64,000 bases of DNA from positions 23,169 to 87,168 of the forward strand of contig CAZPDF010000004.1 in NCBI GenBank assembly GCA_964585475.1, in the 5' to 3' direction. Positions within the stretch are counted from its first letter, which is position 1. The number at the start of each line of letters is the position of its first letter. The notes below the pieces were generated by a model, which saw nothing but the letters and a program-made list of their open reading frames with translations, was not told the DNA's origin and searched no databases. A program made the translations under genes and the position numbers. The DNA comes from an uncultured Candidatus Saccharibacteria bacterium. Its GTDB lineage: Bacteria > Patescibacteriota > Minisyncoccia > Sungbacterales > HO2-52-23. This document shows positions 17,715 to 26,537 of this stretch, one piece after another.

Positions 17715-18155
17715 TTATCTTTGTTGCTCCTTCTGAATGTACTCGGGCCGCATATCCGAAGCATCAACAGTGAGTTTTGAAATATGATTTATTTTTCCCC
17801 ACTGAATTTTGATTTGCCCTGGATCAAACCCTTTTTCTTTCAAAACTTGCAGTAAGTGATGCCGCTGGTTTTCTGTATAAGCAACTAGGCCTTCTGAAGC
17901 ATTCGCCCACACGTGACTACCGCAGATGAAAACTTGTATATCTCCACGGTTGTCAAACTCTTTCAAAGCGGCATCAAGGAATTCAGTTAGTATAGGATCA
18001 CGTGTATTCTGTAAATGAGCAGGAAAGCAAGGACTTTTGTCTAATCTGTAGCAAGCAACCGCGATGCATGAATCTAGCCAACCTGAAGTTATCTTCTCTA
18101 GTCCTTCTATACGATCGTAACGATTCACCCCAACCTGGATTAAGGATTGAACCAT
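17715..18155 (-). CDS. CheD-like (Cys-His deamidase fold) protein
   Basis: IQVGVNRY...LDSCIAV...AHL...VFICG resembles the CheD GSCxAV...H...GG pattern. Confidence 0.5.
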   Translation of the reverse strand: MVQSLIQVGVNRYDRIEGLEKITSGWLDSCIAVACYRLDKSPCFPAHLQNTRDPILTEFLDAALKEFDNRGDIQVFICGSHVWANASEGLVAYTENQRHHLLQVLKEKGFDPGQIKIQWGKINHISKLTVDASDMRPEYIQKEQQR

Positions 18156-18220
18156 TTGTGGCTCCAGACTTAATTAAGACTAAACCAAAAATAGCACGAG
18201 GTGTGCTATTTTGTCAAAAA

Positions 18221-18446
18221 CTCCCCGGGTAGGGATCGAACCTACGACCGTCGCCTTAACAGGGCGCCGCTCTTCCGGGGCAACTTTCGTTTCGATTCAA
18301 ACCTCCGGCGGCAGGATTCGAACCTGCGACCATCTCCTTAACAGGGAGCCGCTCTACCGCTGAGCTACGCCGGAGGTTTGAATCGGGATTTATGTTGTCG
18401 CCCGCGAAACGATTAACAATCGTTTCGCCCACTTCGCTACCGGGGA
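18221..18446 (-). tRNA. Outer tRNA-Asn(GTT) interrupted in the D-loop by a ~155-nt insert containing a second tRNA
   Basis: 5' part TCCCCGG-TA-GCGA-AGTGG (18446-18429) pairs with 3' part GAGC-G-GCGCC-CTGTTAA-GGCGA-CGGTC-GTAGG-TTCGATC-CCTAC-CCGGGGA-G (18272-18221). Confidence 0.75.
18303..18374 (-). tRNA. tRNA-Asn(GTT), intact (inner)
   Basis: TCCGGCG/CGCCGGA acceptor, GCTC/GAGC D-stem, CTGTTAA loop, GGTTCGAATCC, G73; no encoded CCA. Confidence 0.95.
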
Positions 18447-18470
18447 ATATTCAATATTTTACTTCAAAAT

Positions 18471-19691
18471 TTAATATCCTTCAAGTTTCTTTGAATGATC
18501 ATGCAGGCGGATGCGCTCAAGGGACTTGGCCTCAATCTGACGGATCCGCTCACGGGTTACGCCAAATTCCCGACCTACTTCCTCAAGAGTATGCGTTATG
18601 CCGTCATCAAGACCAAAACGCATGGCAAGAATTTTTTGCTCTCTGGGGGTAAGCTCCTTGATTATTCCAAGAAGTTGATCTTTCAAGAGCCGCCGCGAGG
18701 CAACCTGCGAAGGCGAAAGGGTTTTATCGTCCACGATAAATTCGCCGAGAACCGAATCCTCGTCATCCCCTTCCCCAACCGGCGCCTCAAGCGACACCGT
18801 GTCCTGCTCAATCCGTTCAAGATGATGCACTTTTTCAACTTCGATATTCATTTCGGCCGCAATCTCCTCCGGCAAGGGCTCGCGACCCAAATCCTGTAGC
18901 AACCTGCGCTTCACCTGCTGGAATTTGGAGATGGTCTCCACCATATGCACCGGAATGCGGATTGTCCGCGCCTGATCCGCCAGGGCCCGCGTAATCGCCT
19001 GTCTGATCCACCAGGTGGCGTAAGTTGAAAATTTATAACCCCGGCGGTAATCAAACTTCTCAACCGCTTTAAAAAGGCCGAGATTCCCCTCCTGGATCAG
19101 ATCAAGAAGAGTTAAATGCGTGGAGCGGCCAACATAACGCTTGGCAATGGAAACCACCAGGCGGAGATTGGCTTGCGTAAGCTTCTTTCGCGCCTCCTCG
19201 TCTCCCTTCTCGATGCGTCTGGCAAGTTCTTTCTCCTCGTCCCCGGTAAGAAGTGGGATGCGGCCGATCTCGCGAAGATACATCTGTACCGAATCCTGCG
19301 ACAATTGATCAAAGTCTATTGCCTCCTCTTTTTTCCGGCGCTTGGCCGTAACCACGGTTTCTTCCTTCTTTTTATCCTCATCTATAAACTCCTTTGTTTC
19401 AAGAATCTCGATATTTTCCCGCTCAAACCGCGCGTAGAGATCCTCAAGGAGTAAAATATCCTCCTCGATCGTCGGGAAATAATAAAGGATCTCGGCGTAA
19501 GTTACAAAACCGCGCTCTCTCCCCCGCTTAAGAAGTGCGTTGATTTTATGCTCTACCTCAATGGCGCCCGCCTTTTTGGGCAGCTCTGATTCCATAATCT
19601 TTTTCCGGGCGGCCTGAAATTTGGTAAGTTTGCGCACGAATTTTGTGCGATTTTTTACGACCGGCTTTTTTTTAAAACTGAATCTACGCAT
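18471..19691 (-). CDS. rpoD: RNA polymerase primary sigma factor
   Basis: [49 protein letters not shown]; region 1.1 present; ATG 19691 preferred. Confidence 0.96.
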   Translation of the reverse strand: MRRFSFKKKPVVKNRTKFVRKLTKFQAARKKIMESELPKKAGAIEVEHKINALLKRGRERGFVTYAEILYYFPTIEEDILLLEDLYARFERENIEILETKEFIDEDKKKEETVVTAKRRKKEEAIDFDQLSQDSVQMYLREIGRIPLLTGDEEKELARRIEKGDEEARKKLTQANLRLVVSIAKRYVGRSTHLTLLDLIQEGNLGLFKAVEKFDYRRGYKFSTYATWWIRQAITRALADQARTIRIPVHMVETISKFQQVKRRLLQDLGREPLPEEIAAEMNIEVEKVHHLERIEQDTVSLEAPVGEGDDEDSVLGEFIVDDKTLSPSQVASRRLLKDQLLGIIKELTPREQKILAMRFGLDDGITHTLEEVGREFGVTRERIRQIEAKSLERIRLHDHSKKLEGY

Positions 19692-19794
19692 GATTTTATC
19701 CCGCCCTCTCCACGAGGTATTATACCTCGTAGAGAGAAACGTTGCCATGCTACCCTGCGGCAGAACCGCAGGGTTTTCGCTGAAAGGGCGGGAT

Positions 19795-21585
19795 TTATGA
19801 AATAGTTTTAAGTTTCTCGGACAGCGCGCGGAAATCCCTAAGAAGCGAGGTGACTAAAGTCGCGTTCCCCTCCTTTTCCTTCCGCTCAATTTCCTCGCCA
19901 AGCTTGAGAAGATTTTCCCTAATACATTCCTTCTCAAGCTCGCGTCTGCATGTATAAAAATCTTCTTCGACATCCGGTGTCATCTGCGCCAGAACCTCGC
20001 CTTTGAAGCGGAGAAGGTCAAACGGACCCGCCAGATGCGGCGCGGGCTTTACCGAGGCGACACCCGCTTGAAAAAGCCCGAAAAGTTCCGCATTGACGCC
20101 AGAGGCAAAAGTAAGATGATGGCCCTCAAGACCTTCAAACCGTGCGCTGTCTTTAAGAACCGTAAGGAGCGCCAACAACCTCTCTTCAATAAGTTCGCGC
20201 CGCGTTGGCAAACGCACGGTTCCCCCTTCTGATGCGCCGTCACGTACTCCATACGTCGCCTTCTCGCCCGGCTTCCTTTTTAACTCCTTCCGGATTGCCT
20301 CCTCCGGCACCCCAAGCTTGCGCGAAACCTCACTTACCCAATGCGCCTTTTCCACCTCGTTTGATAATTCGGAAATTAGAGGAAGAAGAAGTGCTGAAAT
20401 TTCCTTTTTTTCGGAAACGCCAAGCGTTCCTTTTGCCCGAAAGGATTTCTCAAAATAGAAATCCACCACCGGCTTTGCTTTCTCAACCGCTTCCTGCCAG
20501 AACACCGGATTTTCTTTAACCGCATCGGCGGGATCTTTCCCGGCGGGAATTGAAGCGATCTTTCGCTCAAAATCAAATTCTGCAGCCAAGGCAAGCGAGC
20601 GCCTGGTTGCCGTCTCGCCGGCCGAATCAGTATCGAACGAACTTATAATGGTCCCGCAAAGACGCCGCAGGGTCTTTAACTGCTGAGGAGTCAATGCCGT
20701 GCCGGATACCGAAATCGTATTCTTGACTCCGGCTTGGTAAGACATGATGCAATCCATATAACCTTCAACTACCACCGCTTCGTTTTTTGAGCGGATTGCC
20801 TCTTTGGCCTTGTTAAAACCGTAGAGAACACGGGATTTATCATAAATCAATGTTTGGGGGGTATTGATATATTTTGCAACACCCTCCGTAGCTTTGGCGG
20901 GGGAGGGCCTCGCGATTCCCGCCTGCGCCAAGACCTCAGCGGGCGGAGCAAAAATTCTTCCACCGAATCCGATGACGCGGCTGTTGGCATCCGTAATCGG
21001 AAACATGATTCGCGAGCGGAAGCGATCATACCATGAAGATCCGTCTTCGGATCTTATAGCAAGCCCCGCCTTCTCTACCTCCTCTTTTTTAAAACCTTTT
21101 TGTCCTAGGGCTTTCCGAAGAAAATCCCAGCTTTGAGGCGCAAAGCCTACCCGAAACTCGCGCACGGTTTCTTCTTTCATTCCTCGTTCTTGAAGATAGA
21201 TTTTAACCGCCGGGGTTAGGGAAAGATTGCGCTCGAATATTTTGGCCGCTTCCTCGCAAAGGTCATACAGACGATTGCGCTCCGAGCGTAAAGCCGGATC
21301 TTCGCGCCTAAGTACTATGCCGGCGCGCTCCGCTAAAAGCTTTAGCGCCTCCGGGAAATCGTGCCCTTCAATCTCCATCAAAAACTTAAAAATATCTCCT
21401 CCTTTGCCGCATCCGAAACAATGCCAGATTTGGCGCGGCGGGGAAACAAAAAAGGACGGAGTTTTTTCCGTATGAAAAGGGCAATTGGCCCTATAGTTTA
21501 TGCCCGCCTTCTGCAGCCGGATATAGGACTGGACAAACTCCACGATATCCAGCCGTGATTTTATTTCCTCAACGGGTGAATTCAT
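19795..21585 (-). CDS. dnaG: DNA primase
   Basis: [16 protein letters not shown] Zn finger, FGGR, KYINTP, VEGYMD, TOPRIM DTDSAG. Confidence 0.97.
   Translation of the reverse strand: MNSPVEEIKSRLDIVEFVQSYIRLQKAGINYRANCPFHTEKTPSFFVSPPRQIWHCFGCGKGGDIFKFLMEIEGHDFPEALKLLAERAGIVLRREDPALRSERNRLYDLCEEAAKIFERNLSLTPAVKIYLQERGMKEETVREFRVGFAPQSWDFLRKALGQKGFKKEEVEKAGLAIRSEDGSSWYDRFRSRIMFPITDANSRVIGFGGRIFAPPAEVLAQAGIARPSPAKATEGVAKYINTPQTLIYDKSRVLYGFNKAKEAIRSKNEAVVVEGYMDCIMSYQAGVKNTISVSGTALTPQQLKTLRRLCGTIISSFDTDSAGETATRRSLALAAEFDFERKIASIPAGKDPADAVKENPVFWQEAVEKAKPVVDFYFEKSFRAKGTLGVSEKKEISALLLPLISELSNEVEKAHWVSEVSRKLGVPEEAIRKELKRKPGEKATYGVRDGASEGGTVRLPTRRELIEERLLALLTVLKDSARFEGLEGHHLTFASGVNAELFGLFQAGVASVKPAPHLAGPFDLLRFKGEVLAQMTPDVEEDFYTCRRELEKECIRENLLKLGEEIERKEKEGNATLVTSLLRDFRALSEKLKTIS
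20882..20946. repeat. Two palindromic repeats inserted in-frame in dnaG
   Basis: ccctccgtagctttggcgggggaggg and cccgcctgcgccaagacctcagcgggcgg; encode [22 protein letters not shown]. Confidence 0.7.
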
Positions 21586-21629
21586 ACAATGCTTATTCTT
21601 AACAATAGAGGCGGGGTTCGCTGCGAAAT

Positions 21630-21716
21630 CGGAAGGGGCGAGATTCGAACTCGCGGTACCATTTCTGGTACACGGTCTTTCCAGGACCGCCAGTTAAACC
21701 GCTCCTGCACCCTTCC
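21630..21716 (-). tRNA. tRNA-Ser(GGA)
   Basis: GGAAGGG/CCCTTCC acceptor, CTGGAAA loop, long variable arm GTACCA-GAAA-TGGTAC, GTTCGAATC, G73. Confidence 0.95.
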
Positions 21717-21832
21717 ATTCTTTATATTTTTCGGTGATTCTCGGGTTGGATGAGCCAAATGTACGAGGATATCTTACCACAAAATCTTTGTTGTACAAAT
21801 AGATTCTCCTCCCTCTATCTGCAATATGCGGC

Positions 21833-22753
21833 TTAATCCCGCGTACCTTCCAGCGCTTTAATTCTTTCTTCTATGGAAGGGTGGGTCGAAAACATTCTTA
21901 TAATCAACGACGTTTTTCTGCCGGTAGAAGATCCCCTATCCGCCCCGAATGGATTTTCAAAAAATAAATGCGCCGTAGCGTTAGTTGCCGTACGAAGCGG
22001 CTGAGAATAGGCGGAAATTTTTCGGAGGGCTGAAGCCAGGCCTTCAGGATAGCGCGTAAGAAGCGCGCCCGAGGAATCCGCCAAAAATTCGCGCCTGCGC
22101 GAAATTGCCAAGTGAATGAGCGAAGCGATTATGGGTGCCAAGACGGAAAGAATAATACCAAAAATAAACAAAAATCCGGCGGCAGAGCCGCGATCGCGGT
22201 CGCGCCCGCCCATTCCCCCAAACCAAAGAGAACGCATAAACATATCGGTGATTATGGAAATAAACCCTACGAGCACCACCGCAACGGTAGATATGAGCAT
22301 GTCCCTATTCCCTATGTGCGAAAGTTCATGCGCCAAAACCCCCTCAAGCTCTGATCTATCAAGACGTTCAAGAAGCCCCGAAGTTACCGCAACCACAGCG
22401 TGTTTTGGATTACGGCCCGTGGCAAAGGCGTTAGGGGCCGGATCGTTAATAAGATAAAACCGAGGCATGGGAAGGCCGGCGGCAATAGTGAGATTTTCCA
22501 AAACCCGATAAAGCTCGGGGTGGGATTTTAATTCGACCGGTTCGGCCCGATGCAACCTAAGCACAATCCTGTCCGAGAACCAGTAACTTAAAACATTCAT
22601 GCCAACGCTAAAAAGAACGGCAACATAAAGTATTCCCGGGTTTCCGTAAATCTGGCTGAAGGTCCAGCCGATCGCGATTACAACACCGAAGAACGCGGCC
22701 ATCAAAAGCCACGTCTTTCTAATGTTGGACGATTTTTGCGTGTATAGCGTCAT
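21833..22753 (-). CDS. htpX: Zinc metalloprotease HtpX (M48)
   Basis: PNAFATG, AHELSH, SRRREFLAD, STHP. Confidence 0.95.
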   Translation of the reverse strand: MTLYTQKSSNIRKTWLLMAAFFGVVIAIGWTFSQIYGNPGILYVAVLFSVGMNVLSYWFSDRIVLRLHRAEPVELKSHPELYRVLENLTIAAGLPMPRFYLINDPAPNAFATGRNPKHAVVAVTSGLLERLDRSELEGVLAHELSHIGNRDMLISTVAVVLVGFISIITDMFMRSLWFGGMGGRDRDRGSAAGFLFIFGIILSVLAPIIASLIHLAISRRREFLADSSGALLTRYPEGLASALRKISAYSQPLRTATNATAHLFFENPFGADRGSSTGRKTSLIIRMFSTHPSIEERIKALEGTRD

Positions 22754-22761
22754 CGCACGAG

Positions 22762-23010
22762 CTACCTTTTCTCAAGGGTATAACCCTTATTCGAATAATC
22801 GTATTTAATAGTGAAATTGCCTCCGGACTGATCTTCAAAATCGGCGGAGCCGGTCGCCTTGGCCGCCTCAAAAAGGGCTGAGGCCTCGCTCGCATCAATA
22901 GAATATTTGCCGTATCCTCCGAGGTAATCGATCGCGGGCTTAATACCGGAGTAATCCTCCTCGCTGTAATAAACGTAGTAGTTATGAACCTTTACGTAGG
23001 GGGATCCCAT
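22762..23010 (-). CDS. Hypothetical protein
   Basis: 82-aa ORF tightly packed between lemA and htpX. Confidence 0.65.
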   Translation of the reverse strand: MGSPYVKVHNYYVYYSEEDYSGIKPAIDYLGGYGKYSIDASEASALFEAAKATGSADFEDQSGGNFTIKYDYSNKGYTLEKR

Positions 23011-23019
23011 AATCGGGAA

Positions 23020-23574
23020 CTAAAATTTAACTTTCACCGGTTCTTTCGCCGCTTCCTCTTCAAGGTCGAAAAATTCTCTCGCGGAGAATCCAAATGACTG
23101 CGCGATCGTGTTAGAAGGGAAGGACTGAATCATAGTGTTATAATTCAGGATACTGGCATTATAAAATCGGCGGGCGGACTGGATTTTATTTTCCGTATCC
23201 GCAAGTTCTCTCTGCAAATCCAAAAAATTGGCATTGGCCTTAAGATCCGGGTAGTTTTCCGAAACTGCAAAAAGGGTTTTAAGGGTGCTGGTAAGCATAT
23301 TCTCGGCCTGCGTATGCTCTTTCGCGGTTTTAGCACCCATGGCGGCGGAGCGCGCCTCGGTTACATTTTCAAACACGCCCTTCTCATGCGCGGCATAGCC
23401 CTTAACCGTCTCCATCACGTTCGGAATAAGATCGTACCTCCTCTTCATCTGCACTTCAATATCGGACCAGGCCTCATCAATGCGATTGCGCCGGCTGATT
23501 AGGGAATTATAAATAAATATCGCCGAGAGAATAAGAACCCCGATGATGCTTAATATAATGTATAGCGTGGGCAT
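23020..23574 (-). CDS. lemA: LemA family protein
   Basis: AWSDIEVQMKRRYDLIPN, ENYPDLKAN, RRFYN. Confidence 0.95.
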   Translation of the reverse strand: MPTLYIILSIIGVLILSAIFIYNSLISRRNRIDEAWSDIEVQMKRRYDLIPNVMETVKGYAAHEKGVFENVTEARSAAMGAKTAKEHTQAENMLTSTLKTLFAVSENYPDLKANANFLDLQRELADTENKIQSARRFYNASILNYNTMIQSFPSNTIAQSFGFSAREFFDLEEEAAKEPVKVKF

Positions 23575-23691
23575 AACCAAAAATCACTAATCAAGCTCGA
23601 ATTTAATTCGCGAATGCCCGTAGTGAGCCTGTCGAACTATTCGCGAATAGGATTAGAGATTGATTCGCGATACAGGGCTGATTATAACAGA

Positions 23692-24045
23692 TTAAATTTT
23701 CTCTTCAATGTCACTAAGCTCCCGCTCCATGTTTTTCTCAATCTTCTCAAGCTCGCGCAGGAGGTGATCTTTTCTCGTAAGTTCATCCCCGGAAAGCGCT
23801 TTGCCCGAGGATTCGAGGAGACGCAGCTCGCCCAAAAGATCGCTCCGAATTTCGGATAACCCATCGCGGATTGATTCGTGCGCTTCACGGATTTCCTTTG
23901 AAAGCAGCACTTGCTTGATGCGCCGCACCCGCCACGTGTAATAAAGGACCAACGTCACACCGAAGATCAACAAAATAACGATAATAAGCGTCGGGAAGAA
24001 GACTGAAATACTTGCAAGAAAAAACCTTCTGAATGATCTACTCAT
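23692..24045 (-). CDS. Single-TM coiled-coil protein
   Basis: Hydrophobic TM followed by KEIREA...ERELSDIEEKI. Confidence 0.6.
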   Translation of the reverse strand: MSRSFRRFFLASISVFFPTLIIVILLIFGVTLVLYYTWRVRRIKQVLLSKEIREAHESIRDGLSEIRSDLLGELRLLESSGKALSGDELTRKDHLLRELEKIEKNMERELSDIEEKI

Positions 24046-24245
24046 CCAGCAGTTATATCTAACTAATATACATCTTTTATTATAGCATACTGGACTGAAT
24101 GAACTGTGGATAACTTAGCAAAAATGGCGGCTTAAACGCCACCGTATAACATTGATAAGAATTAATACAAAGGGCTTAAAATAAATCGGCAAGAAATATT
24201 TTTATTGCTATGGACGAATTTAATCAGCACACCGATACACCGCCT

Positions 24246-26531
24246 TTAAAACCTTGACTTGATGTAATCAAACACGGGTTGGACTATGCCGCGATGCCCC
24301 TTGGCAAGAATGACTGTTTTCTGGCAAAGTTTGGCCACCTGCTCCGGAATGGGGCCTACTCCAATTGCCTTCGTTATCCTGTCGCGCGCGGCAGGAAATA
24401 GAACAACATCGTGATGCTCGGATTCTTTGAGGATGGCGGAAGCGACAAAATCGGAAAAAATCAACTTTGCGGCCGGCGAGACATTTGTTTTTATCTTCAG
24501 CTCCCTCACCCGATCTTCAAGAACTGCATGGAAGGCAGCATACTCTATATTGCGGGTGGCTCTCGGGACCACCATTCCCACCGTAATTTCTCCGTCAAAC
24601 CATTTAGCAAGGGCAGACGCAACCTTTCCCGCAAAACGCAAATTCGGATTTTCGTCCACCGGCACCGGGATGAAAATTTTTTTAAACCGGGCCGAATCAA
24701 AAAGTTTTACCACCATAAGATCGCACTTGGCTCGGTGAAGAACAGTATCGACCTTCCTGCCGAAAATAAATCCTTTCGTGTTCACGTATCCATCCCACCC
24801 CATAATTAGAAGGTCTCCGTCCTCAATCGAGACGGTTTCCAAAATTGTGTCCGGGATGGAACGCGCGACGATAAGTCGCGTATCAATATTAAATTTTTTC
24901 TGCACTGCGGACTGCTCTATTTTTTCAAGCAATTTTTTTTCGTGATCAGAATGGAATCCAGCTACAAGCGGCAGGGACGGAGGAACTTCGTGGATACGCA
25001 ACGCCATCAACTCCCCTTCCTCGGAACGCGCCATGGCAAACGCAATTTGTGAAAATTCGTTCCAGTGCGCATCCTGCACCACAGGAATAATAATGCGATA
25101 CCCCAGCTTCTCCCGAAATCTTGACGCATGCTCATACATAATTTCGCGCTCGTGCCCCGCGCGCCCCTGAATTTTGGTATATCCGAAATAATTTATGAGA
25201 CCTAGGAGCAGCCAAAATACCGAAAAATAAATTCCAACGGGACTTACTTGGAATAGCGCAACCCCCAGGAGTATATAGAGTGCAACAGCAAGCAAGGGCA
25301 AGAACACTCCAAAAGGCACAACATATTGCCAGCGCGCTTCCGGCCTTTTTCTCCGAAGCTGAATATAGGCAAGGTTAAGCTGGAGAAAAAGAGCGATGAA
25401 GAGAACATTGGCCGCGCCCGCAATGTCTTTCAAAGGCAGAAAGGTGGATACAAAAGTAATTACCGCAATGGAGAGTAAAATTGCGCGATAGGGCGTCTGG
25501 TTAATTTCGTGGGTATCCCCTAGCCGCCACCATACGAATTTGTCCCGGGCCATCGCAAAAAGCACGCGGGAGGAAGAATAAATAGTCGCGTTTAAAGCCG
25601 CAATGTTGGCCAGCAATCCCCCCAGGAGCATAAGCAAATACCCCAAGGGAAGAAATTGCGCGGCTGATTCTATAATCGCGCGTTCGGCAAGCGAATCCAG
25701 AACTTGCCAGGAAGGCACGGCATGGCCGTTGGTCGCGCCGACGATCACAAAGGAAATAAGAAGATAAATAACCGAGACAATCCCCCATGAGGCAAAAAGT
25801 CCGATTTTCAACGTACGAGCTGGGTTCCGAACCTCCTCTCCCGCCTGCGCTTGAATTTCCGAACCCTCGAAAGCAATATAGAATAATCCGGCTGCCTGAA
25901 GAACCCCGGCAAGCCCTAAAGGAAAAAGCGGAGAAAAGTTCTTAAAAAACACCTCCGGCGTTCCCCCAATTTTTTTAAGACCGAAGATAACATAGAACGT
26001 CAAAATACCGAGGAGCAGCATGGAAATATAGCCGCCGATTTTTCCGGAGAGCGCAACCCCCCGATAGTTGATCAATCCAAACATAATTACCACCAATACG
26101 GCGAAAATAATCTTCCAGATTCCTACGCCAAGACCAAAGGGAGAAAACGCAAGAAAAGAAGATAGAAATTCCGTTGCGAATATCCCGAAACTTACTGCAT
26201 AAAGAGCGCAGGCAACGGAAGAGGCCATCCAAGAAAACCATCCCGATAAAAATCCCTGCAAATCGCCAAGTCCATCCCGCACCCAGTGGTATCCCCCGCC
26301 TGCTGCGGGAAATGTAGTGGCTAGCGAAACATAAGAATTGAGGTTAAGAAACGAAATAAAGGCACCAAGAAGTATTACAAAAACGAGTGCACCGCCGGCA
26401 AGTCCTGCGGCGTGTCCCAAAAGCGTAAATACTCCCCCGCCAAGAAGCGCTCCTACACCAAGGAGCGTTATCTCCCAAACACCAAGAGTTCGGCTAAGGG
26501 TTATGGGTATGACAGATTGCGCTTTAGACAT
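24246..26531 (-). CDS. APC-family amino-acid permease fused to two universal-stress (USP) domains
   Basis: GVGALLGGGVF, FYIAFEGSE, EEVRNP, SSRVLFAMARD; C-terminal DLLIMGW and IPEQVAK. Confidence 0.88.
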   Translation of the reverse strand: MSKAQSVIPITLSRTLGVWEITLLGVGALLGGGVFTLLGHAAGLAGGALVFVILLGAFISFLNLNSYVSLATTFPAAGGGYHWVRDGLGDLQGFLSGWFSWMASSVACALYAVSFGIFATEFLSSFLAFSPFGLGVGIWKIIFAVLVVIMFGLINYRGVALSGKIGGYISMLLLGILTFYVIFGLKKIGGTPEVFFKNFSPLFPLGLAGVLQAAGLFYIAFEGSEIQAQAGEEVRNPARTLKIGLFASWGIVSVIYLLISFVIVGATNGHAVPSWQVLDSLAERAIIESAAQFLPLGYLLMLLGGLLANIAALNATIYSSSRVLFAMARDKFVWWRLGDTHEINQTPYRAILLSIAVITFVSTFLPLKDIAGAANVLFIALFLQLNLAYIQLRRKRPEARWQYVVPFGVFLPLLAVALYILLGVALFQVSPVGIYFSVFWLLLGLINYFGYTKIQGRAGHEREIMYEHASRFREKLGYRIIIPVVQDAHWNEFSQIAFAMARSEEGELMALRIHEVPPSLPLVAGFHSDHEKKLLEKIEQSAVQKKFNIDTRLIVARSIPDTILETVSIEDGDLLIMGWDGYVNTKGFIFGRKVDTVLHRAKCDLMVVKLFDSARFKKIFIPVPVDENPNLRFAGKVASALAKWFDGEITVGMVVPRATRNIEYAAFHAVLEDRVRELKIKTNVSPAAKLIFSDFVASAILKESEHHDVVLFPAARDRITKAIGVGPIPEQVAKLCQKTVILAKGHRGIVQPVFDYIKSRF

Positions 26532-26537
26532 TTGATT

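Noticed and set aside
18221-18273. tRNA 3' fragment as a prophage attR duplication
   Set aside because: A matching 5' half with a perfectly complementary acceptor stem exists at 18429-18446, the copy differs from the inner tRNA by compensatory changes, and no integrase is nearby.
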